A stretch of 17,420 nt of DNA, from NCBI GenBank assembly GCA_040256005.1, contig JBDZWC010000059.1, forward strand, positions 1 to 17,420, given 5' to 3'. This DNA comes from Deinococcaceae bacterium (GTDB taxonomy: Bacteria; Deinococcota; Deinococci; Deinococcales; Trueperaceae). The position numbers were made by a program, and so were the translations under genes. Of this stretch, positions 6,085-16,832 are shown in pieces. Every line of letters begins with the position of its first letter. The stretch's first letter is position 1. Under the pieces are notes generated by a model. The model did no database searches, had not been told where the DNA came from, and saw nothing but the letters and a program-made list of their open reading frames with translations.

Positions 6085-9000
6085 CTAGTCGGCCGTCGAG
6101 GCCTGCCCCGGAGGCTGGGCCGGACGCTCGGCGGCTACCTCCGGCTGCGCAGGCAGCGCGTGTTCTGCCGTCAGCGGCACCACGTGCCAGAACCGCGCTC
6201 GGGACGTCGGCCAGCTCGCCAGGACGTCGGAGGCTGCCCGAGAACCTGTGGCCTCGGCGTGGCGCCTGAGCAGGTCGAGCAAGCGCTCCTCCGTACTGCC
6301 GTCACCGTGTGTCAGCCGCCTGGCCTCCACCATCCCGCGGTTGAGGTTGGCCTCGAGCGCTCCGCTCTCGTCGAGCACGAACGCCTCACCGCCCGACATG
6401 CCGGCCCCGAAGTTGCGACCCACCGGCCCCAGCACGACGACGGTGCCGCCCGTCATGTACTCGCAGGCGTGGTCGCCACAGCCCTCGACGACGGCGGTGG
6501 CGCCGGAGTTGCGCACGCAGACGCGCTCCCCGACGCCGCCGGCGGCGAACAGGGTGCCCGCCGTGGCGCCGTAGAGGACGGTGTTGCCGGCGATGACGCC
6601 ACTTACCTCACCGTCCGGCTGGCGGAGCACCAGCTCGCCCCCGGCCAGCGACTTGCCCACGTAGTCCTGAGCCTCGCCCTCCAGCTCCAGGCGCATGCCG
6701 GGCAACGCGAACGCCCCGAAGCTCTGGCCCGCCACGCCGGCGAAACGCACGTCCAGCGCGCCAGCCGGTAGGCCCTGGTCACCGAACCGTAGAGCGATGA
6801 GCCCGGCCGCGCCCGCCCCAACCGAGCGCTCTCGGTTGGTGATCGCGTGCCTGAGCACCAGCGGCCTTCCGGGGCCGTCCTGCTCCAGCCACCGGCTCAC
6901 CGCGGCGGCGATGGCCTCGTCGAGGGTGCCGCCGGGGCGGTCGGGCCTGTCGTTGCGTCTCTGCCGGGAGGCCCTGGCGCGGCCCTTGGGAAGCGTGCCC
7001 GGGTCGATCAGCTTGGACACGTCTAGGCTCACGCCCTTGGTGGTCGACACGTCGCGGCGTGGCCTGAGCAGCTCCCACCTGCCGACGAGCTCCGCCAGCG
7101 ACCTCGCCCCCACCCTGGCGACCTCGTGCCTCACGGACTCGGCCAGGAACATGAAGAAGCGCACGACGTGATCGGGGTGACCGGCGAAGCGCTTGCGCAG
7201 CTCTGGGTCCTGGGTTGCGATGCCGACCGGGCAGGTGTTCAGGTGGCACTGCCGGATCATCGCGCAGCCGAGGACCACGAGCGCCGTGGTGCCGAAGCCG
7301 AACTCCTCGGCGCCGATCGCGGCGGCGATCACGACGTCGCGGGCCGTCTTCAGACCGCCGTCCACCCGCAGCGTGACGCGGCCGCGCAGGTCGTTCTCGA
7401 CCAGGGTGCGCTGGACGTCGAGCAGGCCAAGCTCCCACGGCAGGCCGGAGTGCTTGACGCTGCCCAGGGGGCTGGCGCCGGTGCCGCCGTCATGGCCCGA
7501 GACCTGGATGTTGTCCGCGTAGCCCTTGGCGACGCCGGCCGCGATCGTGCCCACGCCCCAGGACGAGACCAGCTTGACGCCCACCCTGGCGCCCTGGCCC
7601 ACGCGCTTGAGGTCGTAGATCAGCTGCGCTAGGTCCTCGATCGAGTAGATGTCGTGGTGGGGCGGCGGGCTGATGAGGGTGACACCCGGCACGGCGTGAC
7701 GTATGGCCGCGATCTCGGCCGAGACCTTGAAGCCCGGGATCTGTCCGCCCTCCCCCGGCTTGGAGCCCTGCGCCATCTTGATCTCGATCTCCTTGGCGCT
7801 GACCAGGTACTGAGGGGTGACGCCGAAGCGCCCCGATGCGACCTGCTTGATCGCGCTGTTGGCGTGATCGCCGGCGGCGGGGTGCCAGGTCTCGGAGAAG
7901 CTGCGCTCCGGCCTGTCGAGGTCGAACGGCGCGAAACGCGCGCGGTCCTCGCCGCCCTCCCCGGAGTTGCTCTTCGCGCCCAGTCGGTTCATGGCGATGG
8001 CCAGCGACTCGTGGGCCTCCCGGGAGACGGACCCATGGCTCATCGCCTGGGTCGTGAAGCGAGCGACGATGGCTTCTACCGGCTCGACCTCGTCCAGAGG
8101 GACCGGACGGCGGGCGCGCCTGACCTCGATGAGGTCGCGCACCGTGACGGCTGGCCGCTCGTCCACCGCTCGGCTGTAGTCCTCGAACGCCGCGGCGTCA
8201 CCGGTGCGCACCGCCTTGTGGAGCGGCTTGAAGACGTCGGGGTTGAGTGCGTGGTACTCCCCTGCCTTGCGGAAACGGTAGTGGCCGCGGTCCACGAGCT
8301 TCTCGCCCGCAGCGCCGTACGCCTCGGCGTGGAACGCGGCCGCGTCGCCGGCCAGGATGTTCAGGTCCGCCCCGCCGGTGAACCCGGGCGTGCCGTTGAA
8401 GTAGCGCTCCACGACGTCCTCTGACAGGCCCACGTGCTCGAACACCTGTGCGCCCCTGTAAGACGCCATGGTGCTTATGCCCATCTTCGACATGACCTTG
8501 AGGAGGCCCTTCTCGACGGCCGACACGTAGTCGCGGACCGCCTCGGCGGGGTCCTTGGGCTCGCGTCCCTTGACGCCCTTCGCCACGTCCCTGGCCGTCG
8601 CCAACGCCAGGTAGGGGTGCACCAACGCGGCGCCGTAGCCGATGAGGCAGGCGAAGTGGTGGTCCTCGCGGGGCTCGCCGGTGTCGCACACGATGGCCGC
8701 GCGGGTGCGCCGGCCCACCAGCAGGAGGCGGTGGTGCACGGCGCCCACCGCGAGGAGCATGGGCACGGGAGCGCGCTGCGCGTCGAACCGGCGGTCCGAC
8801 AGCACGAGGACCGAGACCCCAGACTCCACGGCGTCCTGAGCGCGGTCGGCGATGTCCTCGAGCGCACGGGCCAGCGCTGCCCCGCCGCCGCCCACCGGGA
8901 ACGAGCAGTCCAGGACCTCGGTGCCCAGGACCGTCTGCGAGAGGAGCGACTCGAAGCGGGCCTCGTCTATGACCGGCCCGGCGAACCTGGCCACGCGGGC

Positions 9001-10653
9001 GGCCTCCGGCTCCTCGTCCAGGACGCTGGCGCGCGGGCCGAGGACGGTGGCCACCGACATGACGACCTGTTCTCGCAGCGGGTCCATGGGAGGGTTGGTG
9101 ACCTGCGCGAAGCGCTGCTTGAAGTAGCGGTACGTCAACTGTGGCTGGGCGGAGAGCACTGCCAGGGGCGTGTCGTCGCCCATGGAGCCCACCGGCGCCA
9201 CGCCGTCGAGCGCCATGGGCTCGAAGATGCGGTCGTAGTCCTCCGAGCCGTAGCCGAACACGCGCTGGGCGAGCCTCAGCTCTTCACCGGCCAGATCGGT
9301 TGGTGGCGCCGGCACTTCCTCCAGGGTCACCTGGTAGCGCTCGACCCACTCGCGGTACGGACGCCGACCGGCGTAGCGCGCCTTGATCTCCCCGTCGCGC
9401 AGCAGCCTGCCCTCGAGCGTGTCCACCGCGATGAGACGACCGGGGCCCAGGCGGCCGCGCTCCACGACCCGCGACCCATCGAGCGGGAGGACCCCTGCCT
9501 CGGAGGCCACGATCAGCAGGTCGTCGGAGGTGAGCCAGTAGCGCTGGGGCCGCAGGCCGTTCCTGTCGAGCCCAGCCAGCGCGAAGCGGCCGTCGCTCAC
9601 GGCGACCGCCGCCGGGCCGTCCCAGGGCTCCATGAGGGTCGCGTGGTAGTCGTAGAAGCCCTTCAGCCGCTCGTCTACCTCGGGGTCGTTCTCGTACGCC
9701 TGCGGCATGAGCATCATCAGCGCGTGAGGCAGGTCGCGCCCCGAGAGCGTCAACAGTTCGAGAGCGTTGTCGAGCGCGCCGGAGTCGGACGCGCCCTGCT
9801 CGATGATGGGCACGAGGTCGCGGACATCCTCGCCCCAGACCCGGCTGGTGAGCCGCGGCTCGCGGGCGCGCATGAAGTTCACGTTGCCCTGCAGGGTGTT
9901 GATCTCGCCGTTGTGGGCCAGGAAGCGGAAGGGCTGCGCCAGCGACCACCGCGGCAGCGTGTTCGTGCTGTAGCGCTGATGGAAGAGGGTTATCGCCGTC
10001 TCGTAGTCCGGGTCGGCGAGGTCGAGGAAGAAGCGCGGCAGCTGGTCGGCCGCCATCAGGCCCTTGTAGGAGAGCGTGCGGCTCGATAGCGAGCACACGT
10101 ACGCCCGGCCCAGTCCCGCGGCCCTCAGGCGGTTCTCGATGCGCTTGCGGGTCAGGTAGAGCGTGCGCTCGAACGCCTCGTCCCCCTGCCAGTGCGGCCG
10201 GCCCAGCAGCACCTGGCGGATGAACGGGAGGCGCGAGCGCGCCTGCTCCCCCAGAGCAGACTCGTCGAAGGGCGGCGTGCGCCACGCCAGCGTCCTCAGC
10301 GGGCTGCGAGCGATCTCGTCTCTCACCAGGGCGTACACACGCTCGGCGGGGGCGTCGTTGGCGACGAAGAACATGCCCACGGCCAGGTCACGGTCGCGTT
10401 CGAGCTCGACGCCACGCGCCTCCAGCTCCCGCCTGAACAGCCTGTGCGGCAGCTGGGTGAGCACGCCGGCGCCGTCGCCGGTCTTGCCGTCGGCGCTGAC
10501 GGCGCCGCGATGAGCGAGGTTCGAGAGTGCGGTCAGCCCGTGCACCAGCACGTCGTGGGAGGCGCGGCCACCCACGTGCGCCACGAAGCCGACGCCGCAC
10601 GCGTCCCGTTCCTGGGGCCAGGAGAGCTCACTGAAGTCGGACCACACGGGCAC
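6085..10653 (-). CDS. gltB: Glutamate synthase large subunit (possibly ferredoxin-dependent)
   Basis: Propeptide then ERDA-CGVGF (Ntn Cys1); HRGA, HQRYSTNT, HNGEINT, EPWDGPA, FAQVTNPP, SNSGEGG, KQVASGRFGV, KMAQGSKPGEGG, PPPHHDIYSIEDL; the 3Fe-4S motif CAMIRQCHLNTC; C-terminal GXGXG domain. SD GAGGGAGG upstream of GTG. Confidence 0.97.
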   Translation of the reverse strand: MPVWSDFSELSWPQERDACGVGFVAHVGGRASHDVLVHGLTALSNLAHRGAVSADGKTGDGAGVLTQLPHRLFRRELEARGVELERDRDLAVGMFFVANDAPAERVYALVRDEIARSPLRTLAWRTPPFDESALGEQARSRLPFIRQVLLGRPHWQGDEAFERTLYLTRKRIENRLRAAGLGRAYVCSLSSRTLSYKGLMAADQLPRFFLDLADPDYETAITLFHQRYSTNTLPRWSLAQPFRFLAHNGEINTLQGNVNFMRAREPRLTSRVWGEDVRDLVPIIEQGASDSGALDNALELLTLSGRDLPHALMMLMPQAYENDPEVDERLKGFYDYHATLMEPWDGPAAVAVSDGRFALAGLDRNGLRPQRYWLTSDDLLIVASEAGVLPLDGSRVVERGRLGPGRLIAVDTLEGRLLRDGEIKARYAGRRPYREWVERYQVTLEEVPAPPTDLAGEELRLAQRVFGYGSEDYDRIFEPMALDGVAPVGSMGDDTPLAVLSAQPQLTYRYFKQRFAQVTNPPMDPLREQVVMSVATVLGPRASVLDEEPEAARVARFAGPVIDEARFESLLSQTVLGTEVLDCSFPVGGGGAALARALEDIADRAQDAVESGVSVLVLSDRRFDAQRAPVPMLLAVGAVHHRLLLVGRRTRAAIVCDTGEPREDHHFACLIGYGAALVHPYLALATARDVAKGVKGREPKDPAEAVRDYVSAVEKGLLKVMSKMGISTMASYRGAQVFEHVGLSEDVVERYFNGTPGFTGGADLNILAGDAAAFHAEAYGAAGEKLVDRGHYRFRKAGEYHALNPDVFKPLHKAVRTGDAAAFEDYSRAVDERPAVTVRDLIEVRRARRPVPLDEVEPVEAIVARFTTQAMSHGSVSREAHESLAIAMNRLGAKSNSGEGGEDRARFAPFDLDRPERSFSETWHPAAGDHANSAIKQVASGRFGVTPQYLVSAKEIEIKMAQGSKPGEGGQIPGFKVSAEIAAIRHAVPGVTLISPPPHHDIYSIEDLAQLIYDLKRVGQGARVGVKLVSSWGVGTIAAGVAKGYADNIQVSGHDGGTGASPLGSVKHSGLPWELGLLDVQRTLVENDLRGRVTLRVDGGLKTARDVVIAAAIGAEEFGFGTTALVVLGCAMIRQCHLNTCPVGIATQDPELRKRFAGHPDHVVRFFMFLAESVRHEVARVGARSLAELVGRWELLRPRRDVSTTKGVSLDVSKLIDPGTLPKGRARASRQRRNDRPDRPGGTLDEAIAAAVSRWLEQDGPGRPLVLRHAITNRERSVGAGAAGLIALRFGDQGLPAGALDVRFAGVAGQSFGAFALPGMRLELEGEAQDYVGKSLAGGELVLRQPDGEVSGVIAGNTVLYGATAGTLFAAGGVGERVCVRNSGATAVVEGCGDHACEYMTGGTVVVLGPVGRNFGAGMSGGEAFVLDESGALEANLNRGMVEARRLTHGDGSTEERLLDLLRRHAEATGSRAASDVLASWPTSRARFWHVVPLTAEHALPAQPEVAAERPAQPPGQASTAD

Positions 10654-10821
10654 GCACCTCCCTCTTGGGAAGCCTCGGCGCCCGCTGGTCGCTGCTCCTC
10701 TTGGCCTGGCAGGCCGACCCGGACGGCGCTACGTTGACGCGACTATCGACGTCCTCAAGGCAGACGGTTCAACACGGCGCGCTGGGGTGGTCGCGCGGTA
10801 ACCGGCCGAACGTTGGCGGGA

Positions 10822-10851
10822 ACTGTAAGTGCCAGCGCCGAGGAGTGTCAA
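10822..10851 (-). promoter_or_regulatory. sigma70-type promoter for gltB
   Basis: Minus strand TTGACA (10851-10846), 18-nt spacer, TACAGT (10827-10822); implies a leader of about 160 nt. Confidence 0.7.
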
Positions 10852-10901
10852 GGGTCGCTGGTCGTGCCCGTGCGCGGGCCCCTGCTGTGTGCTATAAGGC
10901 T

Positions 10902-10920
10902 CGGCCCGTCAACGGGACCG
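10902..10920 (-). terminator. GC hairpin just downstream of tctA (possible terminator or 3' stabiliser)
   Basis: Minus strand CGGTCCCG-TTGA-CGGGCCG (7 bp with one bulge), 9 nt after the tctA stop; no good U-tract. Confidence 0.3.
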
Positions 10921-10929
10921 GCTCCGTTG

Positions 10930-12450
10930 TCAGACCGCCGCGTCATCCGCGGCCCGCCTGGCCGCTCGACGCCGGCCGATCGCGGCCAGCACTGGGGGCG
11001 CGAACAGGGCCAGCGACGCGATGATCAGCAGCGTCAGCGACAGCGGCCGGGTGACGAACACCGAGTAGTCGCCCTGGCTTATGGCCAGCGCCCGCCGGAA
11101 CTGCGATTCCGCCATCGGTCCCAGGATCATGCCGATGACGGCGGGGGCGACGGGGAAGCCGTGGCGCCGCATCAGGAAGCCGATGAACCCGATCACGTAC
11201 AGGGCGATGAGGTCCACGACCGAGTTCGACAGGCTGTACGTGCCCAGCGTCGCGAACACGAGGATGCCGCCGTAGAGCAAGGGCCTGGGAATGGAGAGCA
11301 GCCGCACCCAGATGCCAACCAGCGGCAGGTTGAGGACGAGCAGCATGGCGTTGCCTATGTAGAGGCTGGCGATGAGACCCCAGACCAGGTCCGGCTCGCG
11401 CGTGAAGAGCAGTGGCCCCGGCTGCAGGCCGAACTGTTGGAACGCCGCCAGCATGATCGCGGCGGTGGCTGAGGTGGGCAGGCCCAGTGTGAGCAGCGGC
11501 ACCAGCACACCGGCGGCGGCCGAGTTGTTCGCTGCCTCGGGTCCGGCTACCCCCTCGATCGCCCCCTTGCCGAACTCGTCCTTGTGCCTGGAGAGCCGCT
11601 TCTCGATGGCGTAGGAGAGGAACGTGGGGATCTCGGCACCGCCGGCCGGCAGCGCGCCGAACGGGAAACCGAGCAGGCTGCCCCGCAGCCACGGCCGCCA
11701 CGACCGCGCCCACTCCTTCCTGTTCATCCAGATGCTGCCCTTGATGGGCTCGACCTGCGCCGCGCCCTTGCGCTGCCGCGAGGCCACGTAGAACGTCTCC
11801 CCCACCGCGAAGAGCCCCACGGCGACGATCACGACGCTGATGCCGTCGAGAAGCTCGAGCGTCCCCAGCGTGTAGCGCGCCTGTCCTGTCTGGACGTCGA
11901 TGCCGATGAGCCCCAGCGCCAGGCCGAAGACCAGGCTCGTCATGCCGCGGAGCACGGACGAGCCGAGCAACGAGGTAACGGTGGTGAACGCCAGGATCAT
12001 GAGGGCGAAGTAGTCCGCGGGGCCGAACTTGAGCGCCAGTTGCACCATCGCGGGGGCCACGAACGTCAGGGCGGCGGTGGCGATGGTCCCGGCGATGAAC
12101 GATCCGATCGCAGCGGTGGCGAGCGCCGCCGCGCCGCGGCCGCGCCTGGCCATCTGGTTGCCCTCGACCGCGGTCATGATCGAGGCGCTCTCGCCCGGCG
12201 TGTTGAGCAGGATCAAGGTGGTCGAGCCGCCGTACATGCCGCCGTAGTAGATGCCGGCGAACATGATGAACGACCCCACTGGGTCGAGCCCGTAGGTGAC
12301 GGGCAGCAACAGCGCGACGGTGAGCGCGGGGCCGATACCGGGCAGGATGCCGACGACCGTCCCCAGCGTCACGCCGATCAACGCCCACAGCAGGTTGCTG
12401 AGGCTCAGCGCTACGCCGAAGCCGTGGATCAGGGACTCGAGCGTCTCCAC
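10930..12450 (-). CDS. tctA: Tripartite tricarboxylate transporter large permease TctA
   Basis: [49 protein letters not shown] and GLQPGPLLF motifs; 506 aa polytopic membrane protein. Confidence 0.96.
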   Translation of the reverse strand: METLESLIHGFGVALSLSNLLWALIGVTLGTVVGILPGIGPALTVALLLPVTYGLDPVGSFIMFAGIYYGGMYGGSTTLILLNTPGESASIMTAVEGNQMARRGRGAAALATAAIGSFIAGTIATAALTFVAPAMVQLALKFGPADYFALMILAFTTVTSLLGSSVLRGMTSLVFGLALGLIGIDVQTGQARYTLGTLELLDGISVVIVAVGLFAVGETFYVASRQRKGAAQVEPIKGSIWMNRKEWARSWRPWLRGSLLGFPFGALPAGGAEIPTFLSYAIEKRLSRHKDEFGKGAIEGVAGPEAANNSAAAGVLVPLLTLGLPTSATAAIMLAAFQQFGLQPGPLLFTREPDLVWGLIASLYIGNAMLLVLNLPLVGIWVRLLSIPRPLLYGGILVFATLGTYSLSNSVVDLIALYVIGFIGFLMRRHGFPVAPAVIGMILGPMAESQFRRALAISQGDYSVFVTRPLSLTLLIIASLALFAPPVLAAIGRRRAARRAADDAAV

Positions 12451-12468
12451 GCCTTCAGCGACCCCGGG

Positions 12469-12978
12469 TCACAGCGGCAGGATGCCGGCCGGCAGCGTGA
12501 GGTCGAGCAGACGAGTGAACGAGAGGTAGGCGACCAGTGACAGCGACAGGCCCACGGCGATGTCCCTCAACCGGTGGCGGCTCCCGAAAGCCATCGCCAC
12601 GGTCAGGAAGATGACTGTCGAGGCGATCACGAAGCCGGCCGGGCGCATGAGCACCGCTCCCAGCGCCAGACCGCAGGCGATGAAGACCACGGGCCTCAGG
12701 TTGTCCCTCGCGGTGAGGTCCACGTCCTCGCCGGCCTCGGGCGGCGCCCGCCGGCCCCTCAGCGCCTCTATGAGCAACAGCACGCCGCACAGCAGCGCGG
12801 CCGTGGCGATTAGGTACGGGAAGAACCGCGGGCCGATGCGGGAGTAGACCGGCAGCACCCTGATGCGGCCGGCGCCCACCATGAGGTAGGCGCCGTAGCC
12901 GATCACCGCGAGCGAGAGCAGCGCGTCGCCGATTGCGACGTTCCCCCAGCGAGCGCGCCGCGTTTGCCCTTCGTTCAG
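12469..12978 (-). CDS. tctB: Tripartite tricarboxylate transporter small subunit TctB (probable CTG start; GTG 12906 is the first canonical start)
   Basis: GPRFFP, GFVIAS..F and C-terminal F..LL.L.LP.G motifs; lies between tctC and tctA. The frame is open upstream of 12906 to a TGA at 13006-13008 with no ATG/GTG/TTG; CTG at 12978 lies 7 nt after GAGGGG. Confidence 0.88.
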   Translation of the reverse strand: MNEGQTRRARWGNVAIGDALLSLAVIGYGAYLMVGAGRIRVLPVYSRIGPRFFPYLIATAALLCGVLLLIEALRGRRAPPEAGEDVDLTARDNLRPVVFIACGLALGAVLMRPAGFVIASTVIFLTVAMAFGSRHRLRDIAVGLSLSLVAYLSFTRLLDLTLPAGILPL

Positions 12979-12979
12979 G

Positions 12980-13957
12980 TCAGTTCCCCTCGACCAGGCC
13001 GATGCTCACGAGGACGTCGGTCACGCGGCTCGCCTCGGACTCGAGGTAGGCCGCGAACTCGTCGCCGCCCATGTAGGCGTCGAGCCAGTTGTTCTGCTCC
13101 AGCGCCGCCTGCCACTCGTCGCTGGCGACCATGGCGTCGACGGTCGCGACGAGCGCGTCGCGCTGCTCGGCCGAGATGCCCGGAGGCGCCACGACACCGC
13201 GCCAGTTGGCGACGTCGAGGTTCACGCCCTGCTCCATGAGGGTGGGGGCGTCGATGCCGTCGATACGCTCCGGCGAGGAGATCGCCAGCACGCGCAGCTC
13301 ACCGGCCTCGATCTGGCCGGCCCACTCGGAGTAGCCCGATACGCCTGCGGCGACCTGACTACCGAGGATGGCCGCGAGGGCCTCGCCGCCGCCCGAGTAC
13401 GGGATGTAGTTGATGGTCGCCGGGTCTATGCCGGCCTCCTCGGCCAGCAGCCCGACGAGGATGTGGTCTATGCCGCCGGCGGAGCCGCCCGCGAAGGCCA
13501 CGGCTCCGGGGTTGGCCGTGAAGTCCGCCAGCAGGTCGTCGAGCGTCTGGTACGGCGAGGAGGCCGGCACGACGATGACCTCGTACTCTGCCGTCAACCG
13601 CGCGATGGGCGTGCTCTGGTCCAGCCCCACCTGGGCGTCGCTGGTGAGGATCGAGCCCACCATGACCAGGCCCATCATCATGAGGATGTCGCCGTTGCCT
13701 GCCTCGCTGGTGGCGAGTTGGGCCAGCCCGATCGTGCCGCCCGCGCCGGGCACGTTGAACACCTCGACCTGGTTCACGATCCCGGCGTCCATGAGGGCCG
13801 CCTGCATCGCTCGCGACGTGCCGTCCCAGCCGCCACCCGGTGCCGCGGGGGCCATGATCCTGAGCGAGCTGACCTGAGCCGCTGCCAGGCTGGTGGCGGC
13901 CAACAGCGCCAGGCCGACGAGCACGGTGAAGATCCGCCTAGAGGTAAACGAGCGCAT
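12980..13957 (-). CDS. tctC: Tripartite tricarboxylate transporter substrate-binding protein TctC (Bug family)
   Basis: Signal peptide ([21 protein letters not shown]); [36 protein letters not shown] and [10 protein letters not shown] motifs. SD AGGAGGAGGA at 13970-13961; start is ATG 13957 or the adjacent ATG 13960. Confidence 0.95.
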   Translation of the reverse strand: MRSFTSRRIFTVLVGLALLAATSLAAAQVSSLRIMAPAAPGGGWDGTSRAMQAALMDAGIVNQVEVFNVPGAGGTIGLAQLATSEAGNGDILMMMGLVMVGSILTSDAQVGLDQSTPIARLTAEYEVIVVPASSPYQTLDDLLADFTANPGAVAFAGGSAGGIDHILVGLLAEEAGIDPATINYIPYSGGGEALAAILGSQVAAGVSGYSEWAGQIEAGELRVLAISSPERIDGIDAPTLMEQGVNLDVANWRGVVAPPGISAEQRDALVATVDAMVASDEWQAALEQNNWLDAYMGGDEFAAYLESEASRVTDVLVSIGLVEGN

Positions 13958-14040
13958 CATTCCTCCTCCTTGGCCCGCCCCTTGAGCGGGCTGGCCCCGC
14001 GGCCGCGAGGCGTGAGTGATCACCAAGATCCAGGTTCTCC

Positions 14041-14076
14041 TGTGATGCTACCTCACGCTTGTGAGCACCGGTCACG
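14041..14076. promoter_or_regulatory. Tandem TGTGA-N7-TCACG palindromic sites upstream of tctC
   Basis: TGTGA-TGCTACC-TCACG (14041-14057) and TGTGA-GCACCGG-TCACG (14060-14076); the first overlaps a candidate minus-strand -10 TAGCAT (14050-14045). Confidence 0.55.
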
Positions 14077-14109
14077 GCACTTGGACCATGAGGTACCCGG
14101 TCTCGTAGC

Positions 14110-15665
<1,556 letters not shown>

Positions 15666-15669
<4 letters not shown>

Positions 15670-16688
15670 GCCTCCACCCCCTCCTCCGCCTCCTCCTTGG
15701 CGCCGATGAACGGCATCATCTTCCGGAGGCTCGAGCCGACCTTGGCGACCTGTGACTCCGCCGAGTTGCGGCGGCCCGTCTTCAGCGTTGGCTGCCCCAC
15801 CTTGTCGTCGAGCAGGAACTGCTTGGCGAACGAGCCCGACCGGATGTCAGCCAGCACCTCGCGCATGGCGCGCTTGACGTCGTCGGTGACGATGCGCGGC
15901 GCGGTGACGTAGTCGCCGTACTCGGCCGTGTTCGAGATCGAGTAACGCATCTTCTCGAAGCCGCCCTCGTAGATCAGGTCGACGATGAGCTTCATCTCGT
16001 GCACGCACTCGAAGTAGGCGAGCTCCGGCTGGTAGCCGGCTTCCACCAGCGTCTCGAAGCCGGCCTGCATGAGCGCCGTGACGCCGCCGCACAGCACGGC
16101 CTGCTCGCCGAAGAGATCGGTCTCGGTCTCCTCCTTGAAGGTGGTCTCGAGCACGCCGCCGCGGGTGCCGCCGATCGCCTTCGCGTAGGCGAGGGCCCGC
16201 TGCATGGCCGTGCCGGTGGCGTCCTGTTGCACGGCCACCAGGCAGGGGACGCCACCGCCCTCGCGGTAGGTGCGCCGCACCAGGTGACCCGGGCCCTTGG
16301 GGGCCACCATGAAGCAGTCGACACCGGCGGGCGGGGCGACCTGGTGGAAGTGGACGTTGAAGCCGTGGGCGAAGAGCAGCGCGTCGCCGGGCCTCAGGTG
16401 GGGCTCGACGTCGGAGCGGTACACCGCCCCCTGCACCTCGTCCGGTAGCAGGATCATCACCAGGTCGCCGGCCGCCGCGGCGTCCGGCACCTCCATGACC
16501 TCCAGCCCGGCGGCCTCGGCAGCGGCCCACGAGTTGGAGCCGCGACGCAGGCCCACCACGACCCTGCAGCCGGAGTCGCGGGCGTTCAGTGCGTGGGCGT
16601 GGCCCTGGGAGCCGTAGCCGATGACGGCGATGGTTTGGCCCTCGAGGTGCTGGAGGTTCGCGTCGGAGTCGTAGTAGATCTTCGCCAT
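15666..16688 (-). CDS. ilvC: Ketol-acid reductoisomerase (class I, NADPH-type loop)
   Basis: [54 protein letters not shown] and SISNTAEYG motifs; 340 aa. Confidence 0.98.
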
Positions 16689-16832
16689 GTGGTGTGCTCT
16701 CTTCCCTGTTCAGGTGAACCGGCTCGTCGGCCGGGGAGATGGTGCGGGGGCCGAGCGCGAGGGCTCGGCGTGTCGCTTAGGGACGCCTGGGGCGCCGGGA
16801 CGGCGCAGATGCGCGTTCGGATCGGTACTGCT

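Noticed and set aside
8434..10089. 551-aa + strand ORF, and other long alternative ORFs such as 3171..4424, 3746..4759, 10943..12388, 11584..12540 and 14371..15912
   Set aside because: They are antisense or frame-shifted shadows of well-identified genes, with biased low-information translations and no motifs, as expected from high-GC codon bias.
10654..10820. Glutamine (glnA) riboswitch upstream of gltB
   Set aside because: The leader begins with a CGTTC-like stretch but lacks the GGAAGTA/GAAG E-loop elements and the closing P1 partner.
10890..10898. TG-C-TATAAG antisense promoter toward tctA
   Set aside because: It lacks the highly conserved final T of the -10 and has no -35, so it is unsupported.
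13961..14026. Upstream start for tctC (348 aa)
   Set aside because: The strong SD AGGAGGAGGA and the signal peptide place the start at ATG 13960 or 13957.
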